DNA from: an uncultured Myxococcales bacterium
Lineage (GTDB): Bacteria > Myxococcota_A > UBA9042 > GCA-2863065
NCBI GenBank assembly: GCA_964545715.1
Contig: CAZJHX010000029.1
Coordinates: 6,215-70,214, forward strand
Direction: 5' to 3'
Length of the DNA stretch: 64,000 nt
The notes below the pieces were generated by a model. The model was not told where the DNA came from. It made no database searches and was given only the letters and a program-made list of their open reading frames with translations. Both the position numbers and the translations under genes were made by a program. Numbering within the stretch: position 1 is the first letter of the stretch; each line of letters starts with the position of its first letter. Positions 43,101 to 55,100 of this stretch are shown here, piece after piece.

Positions 43101-46100
43101 GCCGCAGAGCGCGCTGCTGGCCGGCGAGCTGACCGCGACCGATCCGGGCGCGCGACGGTCGGCGCTGGAGGCGCTGGCCCGCATCGCGGATCCGTCGCAG
43201 GCCCAGTTGATCGTGCCGCTGCTGGACGACCCACATCGCCTGGTTCGCCGTGAGGCTGCAGAGACATTGACGGCGCTCGGGGCGCTGCCCGCGGCATCGG
43301 CGAGCGCAGCGACGGCGCTGGGACACATGGCCGACGCCGCTGCGCTGGGCGCGGACGCGATCGGCGCGCTCGTCCGCGCTCTGTGCGAGCAGACCGTAGT
43401 CGAGCGCCTGGATGCCGCGATGGCGCTGGGCTCGCTGGCGGGTCGCCTGCTGGCGTCCATGCCGCCGATGCCGGTCGCAGCGCCACCGGAGGCGCCGGCA
43501 GAAGATGCGGCGGAGACCGAGCCGCCCAAGAAAAAGAAGAAAGCCAAGAAGAAGCCCAAGAAGAAGCCCAAGAAGAAGGACACGGAAGCGAAGGCCCCAG
43601 AGGCCCCGCCGGAGCCGGAAGATCCCCACGCGGAGCAGCGAGCCGAGATCACCGCCGCGTTGGACGCTATCGCCGCAGGGCTGGCGCGCGGTCTGGCGGA
43701 TAGCGCCCCGGCCGTGCGTGCCGCGAGCGCATCCGCGCTGGGCGCGGTCGGACCGACCGGCGGCGCCGTCGCTGCGCTGGCAGGCGCCCTGGCAGACGTC
43801 GAGCAGATGGTCGCTTTTGCGGCCGGTGCGGCTCTGGGACGGCTCGACGAGGACGGCCGCAGCGCGCTGCGCACAGGCCTGGGCCACACCACCGAGACGG
43901 TTCGCGAGGCCGCGCTGGTCGGGCTGGCGAAGTCGGCCGTCGCGGAGGATATCGACCGCATCGCGGGCCTGCTGGCGTCGGATGAGGACGTGGGCGCGCG
44001 CGCTGCGGCGGCCACGACGCTGGGTGCCCTTGGACCGGCCACAGTGGACGCCCTGGCCACCGCGTTGGGCGGTGACTCGCACGAGCGCGTTCGGACAGCA
44101 GCCGCTGTGGCGCTGAGCCAGGCTGCGGTCGCACCTCCCGCGATCGTCGAGGCGCCCGCCGAAGAGTCGAGCGACGATAAGAAGGACGCCGAGGGAGCGC
44201 CCGCGGACGATTCGGTCGGGACGGCGCGCGACGCCCTGATCTCCGCGCTGGGCGACCGCTTCAGCGAGGTTCGCGAGGCGGCGGTGGCAGCGCTGGAGGC
44301 CATCGGCTGGCGCGCTGAGGGTCCGATCGCCGAGGCGCTCGTCGCGCTGGCGCAGCAGGACTGGACGGCGCTGGGCCGGCTGGGCGAGGCCGCCGTTCCC
44401 TTGCTGGCGCGCGTGACCCACGAGAGCGGCATCGACATCCCGAGTGTACAGCGCCGCGTCGGCGCGCTGACGGCGCTGGCCGAGATCGGCGGCACGGACG
44501 CGGTGGCGGCGATCGAGCACGGTCTCAGCGACGAGCACGGACTGGCGCGGGCACGGGCGACGCGCGGTATCGCTCGACAGCATGAGCTTGCGGCGCCGTC
44601 GGTTCACGGGACGCTGCGCGAGCTGTTGAGTGCGGATCCCGTGGCCCGGGTCCGCATGGGCGCAGCTGTAGCGCTGGGGACGCTGGGCGGTGGCGATTCG
44701 GTCGGAGTGCTGCGGTCGGCGGCTGAGCATGACTCGGACCCGCTGGTGCGGTTCGCGGCCGCGGAGGCCCTGGCGTCGCCCGGCATCCAGGAGACGTCGT
44801 TCTTGATCGAGCGACTGACCGATCCGGACGGTCAGGTGCGCGCTGCGGCAGCGATTGCGCTGGGACCCACACGGGACGTGGACGCCATCGACCCGCTGAT
44901 CGCCGCCATGGGCGATGCGGACGCCATGGTCCGGGATGCGGCACAGCGGGCGCTGGCGGAGCTGGGCTGGATGCCGCTGGGGCAGCGCGCGCACGTCGCA
45001 GACATCGGCTACAGCCGGTGGACGACGCGCGAGGAGCTCTCGAGCCGGACCTCGCAAACCGACCAGAAGGCGGCGCTGTCCGTCGAGCTGACGTCCGAGA
45101 ATGCGGCCGTCCGCCGCTGCGCGCTGGAGACCCTGGGGCGGTGGCGGGATCCGGCCCTGGCTTCGGGGGTGCTCACCCTACTGGATGACCCCGACCGGCA
45201 CGTCCGCACAGAAGCGGCGCAGACGCTGGGCCTGATGGACGCGACGCCCGCCGATGGCGCGAATGGAGCGCTGGCCCTGGTGGCGCTGGGCCGTATGCAG
45301 GAGGCCGCCGCGCTGGGCGATGTCGCCGGACCTGCCCTGTCCCGAGCCGCGCGTGAGCACTCGCCGGCGCAGCGATCGGGCGCGGCCGACTCGTTGGGGG
45401 CCTTGAGCGCCAAAGTCGCTGCCGCCGCACTGAGCGATGCAGTCGCGGACGAAGACGCGGTCGTGCGACTCAGCGCCGCGAGAGCGCTTGGCCGGGTTGG
45501 AGCCGGCGTGGACGCGCTGGCGCGGACGCTGGCGGACGCCGAGCTGGCGGTGCGGTACGAGGCGGCGCGGTCGCTGGCGGCATGCGGCAAGCCCGGCATC
45601 GGCGCTTTGTCCGCTGCATGCGATCACGAGCAGGCGGCAGCACGACAGGCCGCGTGCCTGGGCCTGGGCACAACAGGCGATCCAAAGGTGGCGCCCAGCC
45701 TGGCCGCGCGAGTGACTGGAGACTCGAGCGCAGATGTCCGTTCGGCAGCCGCGGCGGCGCTCGCGGATGCGGTGCATCCCAAGTCGGGCGGACCGGCGCT
45801 GATCACCGCGCTGGACCACGACGATGACAGCGGCGTCCGCTCGGCCGCCGCGCGATCGCTTCTGGCATACGGCCCCACAGTGGCGCAAAAGCCGCTGATC
45901 GCCGCGCTGGGTGACTCGTCACGCGAGGTGCGCCAGACCGCGCTGGACACGCTGGCCGAGCTCGGGTGGACACCGAAAGACGAGCTGGCCACAGCGGTCG
46001 TCGCGCTGGCGCAGGAGAACTGGGCCGCCATGGGCCGTCTCGGCGCGACCGCGGTGCCGATGCTGGCGCGGGTTGTGCGGGAGACCGGCAAGGACGGCGG

Positions 46101-49100
46101 CAGCGTGGACCGGCGCCTGGGCGCGATCGCGGCGTTGATCGACGTCGGGTCGCGAGAGGCGATCGGCGCCATCGAGCCGGGGCTGCAGGACGTGACGGGA
46201 CCGGTGCTGGCTGCGGCAAGTCGAGCGATCGGTCTGCGCGCCGATCTGGCGACCGCCGCGGTGCGCCCCGTGCTGCGCGACCTGCTCGACGATCCACGGC
46301 CCAAGGTCCGCGTGGAGGCGGCAGTCGCGCTGGGGCAGCTGGGAGACGGCGACGCGGTCGGACGCCTGACGGCGCTGGCCGTGGACGATCCGGAGCCGGC
46401 CGTGCGCCTGGCGGCATCCACGGCGCTGGCGAGCCCCGAGCTGAAGCAGACCGGCTTCCTGGTGCAGCAGCTGGCGGCCGCCGAGGCCGACGTCCGCGCA
46501 GCGGCGTGCCGAGCGCTGGGCGAGAGCGAGGATCCCGACGTCATCGACCCGCTGATCGAGGCGCTGGGCGACGCGGTCTCAGAGGTCCGGGCAGCCGCGG
46601 CGAGCGCGCTGGAGCTGTTGGGCTGGACGCCGGTCGGCGTGCGCCTGGACGTCGCGGACGAGGGCTATTCGCGCTGGCTGCTCAAGTCCGAGCTGGAGAC
46701 GCTGCACGGGGCGGGACGGCCGCAGCATGAGCTGCTGCACGCCCAACTGGATGCAGAGGATGCCGGAGACCGGCGATCGGCATTGGAGGCCTTGATGCGA
46801 GCCGGCGATCCGGCGCAGGCGGGAGAGATCGCGCCCCTGCTGGACGACCCGGACCGCTGGGTGCGCCGTGAAGCCGCACAGGCGCTGATCGCGCTAGGCG
46901 GCCTGCCCGCCGCGACGGACACCGGCCTCAAGGCGGCACTGGCCTTTGTGGCGCTCGGGCGCATGACCGAGGCGGCCGGAATCGGCGCCGATGCGGTGCG
47001 GCCGCTCGCGCGGGCGGTCGACGAACATTGGGTGGGCGAGCGACGAGCGGCAGCAACCGCGCTTGGATCGCTGGCGGCGAGACTGGCAGACGACAAGAAA
47101 GCAGGTCCGGTCCGGGAGGCTATCGCTGCAGGGCTGGCCGCCGGACTGCGGGACTCCCAGGCGGACGTGCGGTCGGCATGTGCCCGGGCGATGGGCCAGG
47201 TCGGCGCGGCCGGAGTTGCGTCTGAGGCGCTGACGGGCTCGCTGGGCGACTCGGATGCCGGCGTGCGCTTGGAGGCCGCGGCCGCGATGACGCTGTTGGG
47301 ACCGGATGGCGCTACGGCCTTGAACGCCAGCTGCGGCGACAAACGGGCTGCGGTGCGACGCGCCGCCCTGGCCGGTCTGAGAAACGTGCCCAAGGCGGCG
47401 GATGCGGCCGTGATCGCAAAGCTGCTTGCGGCCGATAACAGCGACTGGGTCCGTACAGCGGCGGCGACCACGCTGGGTGCGATCGGCGCCGAGAGCGTGG
47501 CGGCACTTGCGACGGCGCTGGCCGACGACGATGAGGAGCTGGTCCGGGCCGCGGCGGCCACCGCTATCGGAGCGGCGCTGGACGGGGCGTCCGGCAAGGC
47601 GGCTAAAGCGGCGCTGGAAGCGGGACGTGCGGCGCTGATCGGGGCGCTCGGCGATCGCTTCTCCGAGGTGCGCGAGGCGGCGGTCGCGGCGTTGGAAGAT
47701 ACCGGGTGGACGCCTGACGACGGCACTGCCCGGGCGCTTATCGCGCTGGCGCGCCAGGACTGGACCGCCCTCGGCGCGTTGGGCGAGTCGACGGTGCCGA
47801 TGCTTGCGGGCGTCGTGGGCGAGACGGGCAGCGATATGCCGTCGATTCAGCGTCGGGTCGGGGCGCTGACCGCGCTGATGGAGATCGGCGGCGGCGACGC
47901 GGCCGCTCTGCTGGAGAAGGGCCTGACCGACGAGCACGGCCTGGTGCGCGCAGCGGCGGCCAACGGCGTCGTGCGGCGGCACAAGGACGCCGCCAAGTCG
48001 GTGCGCCCGCTGCTGAGAGAGATCGTAGGCGGCGACCCGAACGCGCGCGCCCGCCTGGCGGCCGCCATCGCGCTGGGGGTGCTGGGCGACAAGGACGCGG
48101 TCGGGGTACTGCGCGGGGCGGCGGAGAACGACCAGGACCTGACCGTGCAGTTCGCGGCCGCCGAGGCGCTGGCGTCGCCGGCGATTCGGGAGACGACCTT
48201 CCTGATCGAGCGGCTCACAGACACGGAAGCCGGCGTGCGGGCCGACGCGGCGGACGCACTTGGTTCCACAGGCGACGAGGAGGCGATCGATCCGCTCATC
48301 GCCGCCATGGGCGACTCGGATGCGCTGGTGCGTGACGCCGCGCAGCGCTCTCTAGCCGCGCTGAAGTGGATGCCTCTGGGTGTTCGGGCGGAGGTCGCGG
48401 ACGTCGGATACTCGCGCTGGGCGACCAGGGAGGAGGTAGCGGCGCGCGCAGGCACCACGGATCAGAAGAAGGCGCTGGCGTTCGACGTGAGCAAAGGCGA
48501 CGCGGCCGCGCGCCGATCCGCGGTCGAGGCCCTGGGACGCTGGAAGGACGCCGCGCTCTTCAAGGTCGTTCTGCCGCTGCTGGATGACCCGGATCGATAC
48601 GTGCGCACTGAAGCCGTGGAGGCGTTGGCGCTTTTGGGCGAGGTCCCGAACCGCGGACGCGACGGCGGCCTGGCGCTGGTGGCGCAGGGCAGGATGCACG
48701 ACGCGGCAGCGCTAGGGGTGGTTGCCGGTGAGGCGTTGTCGCGCGCAGTCCGCGAGCACAGCCTGCGCCAGCGGGCCGATGCGGCGGACGCGCTGGGGCT
48801 TCTGGATGCAAAATCCGCGGAGGCCGCGCTAAGTGACGCGCTGGCCGATGCCGAGGCGGCTGTTCGATTCAACGCCGCGCGTGCGCTGGGTCGGCTGGGC
48901 GCCGGCGTTAAAGCGCTGGCTGTGGCGCTGGCGGATCCGGCGCGATCGGTCAGAGCCGAGGCCGCGGTGGCCCTGGCGAACAACGGCAAGACGGGCGTGG
49001 CCGCACTGGCGGCGGCGTGCGATCAAGCGGATGCGGGTGCGCGGGAGGCGGCGTGCGTCGGGCTGGGCGCGGCCGGCGACACCAAGACCGCAGCCGCCCT

Positions 49101-52100
49101 GACGCAGCGGCTGAGCAAGGACACGGAGAGCCACGTGCGTGCGGCGGCAGCCACGGCGCTGGGCCAGGTGGTCGAGCCCAAAGCCGGTGGATCGGCGCTT
49201 GTCAGGGCGCTGGAGGGCGACGCGGAGAGCGGTGTACGAGCCGCGGCGGCGCGGGCGCTGGCGGCGTATGGACCAAAGCTGGCCCAACCGCCGCTGATCC
49301 ACGCGCTGGGCGACGCGGCGCGCAGCGTGCGGCAGACCGCGCTGGACGCGCTGGGTAGCCTGGGGTGGACGCCCCAGAGCGACGTTGCGGCGGCGATCGT
49401 GGCGCTGGCACAAGAGGACTGGAGCGGCCTGGCCCGGTTGGGTGAGGTCTCCATCGGCCTGCTGGCGCGCGTTGTTCGGGAGCAGGGTACAGACAGCGGC
49501 AGCGTCGATCGTCGTGCCGGGGCGGTGACGGCGTTGGCGGAGATCGGCGGGAAAGCCGCGGTCGCCGCGGTCGAGCCGGGACTGCAAGACGTCGCGGGGC
49601 CGGTGTTGATTCGGGCCGCTCGCACGATGGGCCTCCACGCGAGCGTGGCCGGCGCGGCTGTGCGGCCGCCGCTTCGCGCGCTGTTGGAGGACCCGCGTTG
49701 GCCGGTGGTGGTCGAGGCGTGCGTGGCGCTGGGCCAGCTGGGCGATACCGATGCGGTCGCGGCGCTGACCGAGCTGGCGGCGGATGACGAGTCGGCGCAG
49801 GTGCGGCTGGCGGCGGCCACAGCGCTGGCCAGTCCCAAGCTGAAGCAGACCGGCTTCCTGATCGAGCAGCTGGCGGCTGAGGATGCGGAGATCCGGGCGG
49901 CGGCGTGCCGAGCCCTGGGCCACAGCGAGGACCCGAACACCATCGATCCTTTGATCGGCGCTCTGGGCGACGCCGTTGCGGCGGTCCGCACCGAAGCCGA
50001 GACGGCGCTGACCGCGCTGGGGTGGACGCCGGTCGGGGTCCGAGCCGCGGTCGCGGATCAAGGGTACAGCCGCTGGATGCTGAAGGCGGAGCTGGAGGCC
50101 CTGTACGGCGCGGCGGAGACACAGACCGAGCTGCTGCAGGCAGCCTTGGCGGCCCCCGAGGCCACATCGCGACGATCCGCCCTGGAGGCCCTGGCGCGGT
50201 CGAGAGAGACCGGCGCGCAGCCCGCGATCACGGGGCTGCTCAACGATGGGGACGTCTGGGTCCGGCGGGAGGCCGCGCAGACACTGGCGCGACTGGCGCA
50301 GACGCCGAGCGCCGGAACCGGGCTGGCGCTGTGGCACGTCGCCATGGGTGACATGGCCGCGGCGGCCGCGATAGGCGTCGACGCGATCGCGGCGCTGGCG
50401 CGCGTGCTGGTGGAGCACGAGACCGAAGAGCGGCGGGCGGCGACGCCGGCGCTCGGGTCGTGTCCGGCGAAAGCCGAGGGCGACGTGGCGGCCATCGTCG
50501 CCGCGCTGGCCGGGGCGACTGGTGACGAGGATGCGGAGGTGCGCCTGGGCGCGGCGCGGTCGCTGGGTGAGGTCGGCGCGAGGCCCTCTGCGGCGAGCGC
50601 GGCACAGGCGATCGCGACAGCGTTGAGCGCCGGCCTGGCGGACGCTGAGCTGACAGTGAGGCTGGCGTGCAGCCAGGCGCTCGCGCGGGTACCGGCCGAG
50701 CCGGGCGGGGCGAAGCTGAACAAGGCGTTGGAGCATGCAGACGCGCGGGTCAGGTACGCGGCGCTTGTGGCGTTGCGCGGCGCGCCGGCGCTGGCGGATG
50801 CGGCCCGACTGCGCACGTTGGTTGCGGACGACTCGGACCCGAGCGTACGCACGGTCGCGACGGCCGCCCTGGGGGCGCAGGCGCAGGATGCGGCGAATAC
50901 GCTGGCGCTGACCACAGCCCTGACCGCCGACGGGTCCGAGATGGTGCGTGCGGAGGCCGCGACCGCCGTGGGCACAACCGGCGACACGGCCGGACAGACC
51001 GCCCTGATCGGCGCGCTGGGTGACCGCTATGCGGAGGTCAGAACCGCCGCCGTGAGCGCCCTGGCCACGCTGGGGTGGACCCCGGACGGGGCGACAGGTG
51101 CGGCCATGATCGCCCTGGCCGAGCAGGACTGGCAGACGCTGGGAACGCTGGGGGCAGCCGCGGTGCCCATGCTGGTCGGCGTTGTGGCTGAGTCAGGTGA
51201 TGATCTGCCGGATGCACAGCGACGGGTCGGCGCTCTGAGCGCGCTGGCCGAGATCGGCGGCAAAAACGCGGCGGCCGCGATGGTGCGGGGCCTGAACGAC
51301 AACAGCAGTATCGTCCGGGCGATGGCGGCGCGGTGCATTGCGCGACGACACGCCGACCTCGACGAGTCGGTTCTGCCGCGGCTGCGCACCCTGCTGGCGG
51401 ACGACCCGTTCTACAAAGTGCGCATCGGCGCGGCCGTGGCGCTGGGTGTGTTGGCCGATCAAAAGGCCGTGAAGCTGCTGCGCGCGGCAGCGGAGAGCGA
51501 CGCGGACATGACCGTGCGCTTTGCCGCCGCGGAGGCGCTGGCGGCTCCCGGGCTGAAGGAGACCTCCTTCTTGATCGAGCGGCTGTCAGATCCCGACGCC
51601 GATATCCGCCAGGCGGCGGCCGCCGGGCTGGGGCGCGCGGACGACCCGGACGCGATCGACCCCTTGATCGGCGCGCTGGGCGACGCCTTTACGCTGGTGC
51701 GCGACGCGGCGCAGAGCGCGCTATCGACGCTGGGCTGGATGCCGGTCGGCGTACGCGCGTCGGCCGGTGACATCGGGTACTCACGGTGGCTGACGCGACT
51801 GGAGCTGGAGGCTCGCACCGGGATCAAGCTGGACCAGCAGAAGGCGCTGGCAGCAGAGCTGGGCAACGATGACGCCGGGATTCGCCAGTGCGCGATCGAA
51901 GGTCTGGCGCGGTGGGCGAACCCGCAGCACGGTGCCGCGATCAAGCCGCTGTTAGACGACCCCAACCGCTTTGTCCGCACCGAGGCCGCACAGACCCTGG
52001 CCGCGCTGGGCGTGGCTCCGGACGCCGGGGCAGACGGGGCGCTGCAACACATCGCGCTGGGTGCGATGGCCGCGGCCGCGGCGCTCGGCGACGTGGCGGG

Positions 52101-55100
52101 CCCAGGGCTGGCGCGCGCGCTGGCGGAGCACCCGGCGGACGAGCGGGCGGCGGCGGCGGCGGCGCTGGGCGGGCTGTCGGCCAAGGTAGGCGCGGCAGCC
52201 TTGAGCGTGGCGCTGAGCGACGAAGACGAGATTGTGAGGACGACGGTGGCGGAGGCGATCGGCCGGATCGGCCAAGCGCCGGCGGGCAAGCCGACACCCA
52301 AGACGGCAGCGGACGCGGTAGCGGGCCTGGCCGCGACGCTGTGCGACCCGGTCTTCGGCGTGCGACGAGCGGCGGCGCTGGCGTTGGCGGGCTGCGGCGC
52401 GGACGGCGCCAAGACGCTGGTGCGCGGGCTCGATCACACCGAGCAGACAGGCCGTGAGGCGGCGTGCATCGGACTGGCGGCGACGGGCGAGGTCAAGGTG
52501 GCCAAGGCGGTGGCGGCTCAGCTTGCCAACGATACGGCAGTGCCGGTGCGCATCCAGGCCGCGGTGGCGCTGGGCCGGCTGGTGGACCCGAAGAGCGGCG
52601 CCCCGGCGCTGATCACCGCGCTGGATGCGGACCCGGGCTCGACCGTGCGAACGGCGGCGGCGCGTGCGCTGGGCGCGTACGGGGCAAAGACGGCTCAGCA
52701 GCCGCTGATCCAGGCGCTGGGCGACCGGTCGCGGTCGGTGCGGCAGATGGCGCTGGACATACTGGCCGAGCTGGGCTGGGTGCCCAAGGATGAGATGGCC
52801 GAGACCGTGGTCGCGCTGGCCCGCGAAGACTGGCCCGCGCTGGCGGCGCTGGGCGCGCATGCCGTGCCGCTGCTGGCGCGCGTGATGACGGAGACGGGCA
52901 CGGATGCGGGTAGCGTCGAGCGGCGGGTGGGCGCCGGGCGAGCCCTGATCGAGATCGGCAGCAAGGCCGCGATGAAGGCGGTGGAGCCGGGCCTGTTGGA
53001 CGTCGCGGGGCCGGTTCTGCGGGAAGTCGCCAGAGGCCTGGGCCGGCGTGCAGAGGATGCGCCGAGGACGGTGCTGCCGCATCTGCGCGCGTTGCTGGAC
53101 GATCCCCGCGAGCAGGTTCGGGTCGAAGCGGCGGTAGCGCTGGGCAAGCTGGGCGACGCGGACGCGGGACCGATGCTGGTCATTGCCGCGACCGACGACG
53201 AGGACGAGCAGGTGAGGCTGGCGGCCGCCACGGCGCTGGCGAATCCGAAGCTGCGTCAGGGCGGGTTCCTGGTCGACCAGCTGGGCTCGTCCGATCCCGA
53301 GATTCGTGCGGAGGCGGCGCGCGGGCTCGGCGACAGCGAGGATCCCGACGCGATCGATCCCCTGATCGGCGCGCTTGGAGACGCCACAGCGACAGTCCGC
53401 GGGGCCGCAGCGGACTCGCTGGCGATGCTGGGCTGGACGCCGGTGGGCGTGCGCGGAAACGTGTCGGACGCCGGCTACGGACGCTGGATGCTCAAGGCCG
53501 AGTTGGAGGAGCTTCACGGCGCGGGCAAGACGCAGCAGGCCATGCTGTTGCTGCAGCTTGCAGCCCCCGAGGACGTGGCGCGGCGGTCCGCGCTGGAAGC
53601 CCTGGCGCGCGCGGGGGCGGTTGATGCCGTGAGCGACGTCGTGCCGCTGTTGAACGACGTCGATCGCTGGGTGCGCGCGGAAGCGGCTGACACGCTGCGG
53701 GCTCTGAAGGCCCTGCCGGCGGACGGCGCAAACGCCGCGCTGGCGCTGGTTGGACTCGGCCGCATGGATGAGGCGGCGGCGCTGGGCGCTGTGGCGATCA
53801 CGCCGCTGGGCCGGGCGCTGGTAGAAAACGATGGGGACGCGCGCGAGGACGCGGCCGTCGCGCTGAGCACGCTGTCCTCCATGGCGGCGGTCGACGCGCT
53901 GGCGCCGGGTCTCAACGACACGCTGGACGCTGTCCGACAGGCCACTGCGGGCGCGCTGGGCAGCGTCGCGGCCGGGTCGGACAAGAAGGCGCACGCCGGC
54001 GCGGCGACAACGCTGACGCCGGCGATGGCGGACGTGACCGAGCCGGTCAGGCTGGCCGCGGCGGGCGCTATGACCCGGTGTGGCGTCCCGGGCGCGGAGG
54101 CGCTGGCCACAGCGTGCGAGGACGGACGCGCTGAGGTACGTACAGCTGCGGCCGTCGGTCTGGGGCTGCTGGGGGACGCCAAGAAGGTGCCGCTGCTGGA
54201 GCGGCTGGTGCTGAAGGATGCGGACCCGGTTGTGCGGGTCACGTCGGCGTTTGCTCTGGGCCGCCTCGGCAAGGCTGCGGCCAAGCCGCTGATCACCGCG
54301 CTGAGCAAAGACCCCGACGAGACGGTGCGCGCGATGGCCGCGGCCGCGCTGGGACGCACCGGCGCCAAAGAGGCGACCGAGCCGTTGGTCGGGGCGCTGG
54401 GCGACCGATTCCAAGAGGTGCGGGATGCCGCGCTGGGCGCGCTGGATGCCCTGAACTGGCGGCCGGATGGCGGTACGGCGGACGCGATCGTGGCCCTGGC
54501 GCGCCAGGACTGGAAGGCGCTGGCGCGCGTCGGGGCGGAGGCGGTGCCGCTGCTGGAGCGCGTGGTCACGGAGACCGGCGACGATCACGGCAGCGTGGCG
54601 CGACGCTCGGGCGCCGTGCGCGGTCTGTTGGTGCTGGCGGCGGACGAGGACATGGGCAAGGCAGCGCGCAAGGCGGCGGTCGCGGCCGTCGCATGCGGGC
54701 TCGATGACGAGCATCGCGGCGTGCGCGGACAGGCCGCGCGGGGGATCGCTGCGCATCACACGCTGGCGAGCCGGAAGGTGCTGCCGCGACTGAGGGCGCT
54801 GCTGACCGAGGACGCGTTCGCCCAGGTGCGCGTCGGAGCCGCGCTGGCGCTAGGGGTCATGTGCGACAAGGACGCGGTAGGTGCGCTGTACGGCGCTGCG
54901 GAGTCCGACCCGGACGTGCTGGTGCAGTTTGCCGCCGCCGAGGCCCTGGCGAACCCGGGCCTGAAGGAGACGCGGTACCTGATCGAGCGGCTGACCGACG
55001 CGCAAGCCGAGATACGCCAGGGCGCGGCTGAGGCGCTGGGACGATCGGAAGACGAGCGGGCGATCGACCCGTTGATCGGGCTGCTGGGGGACGCGGTCGC

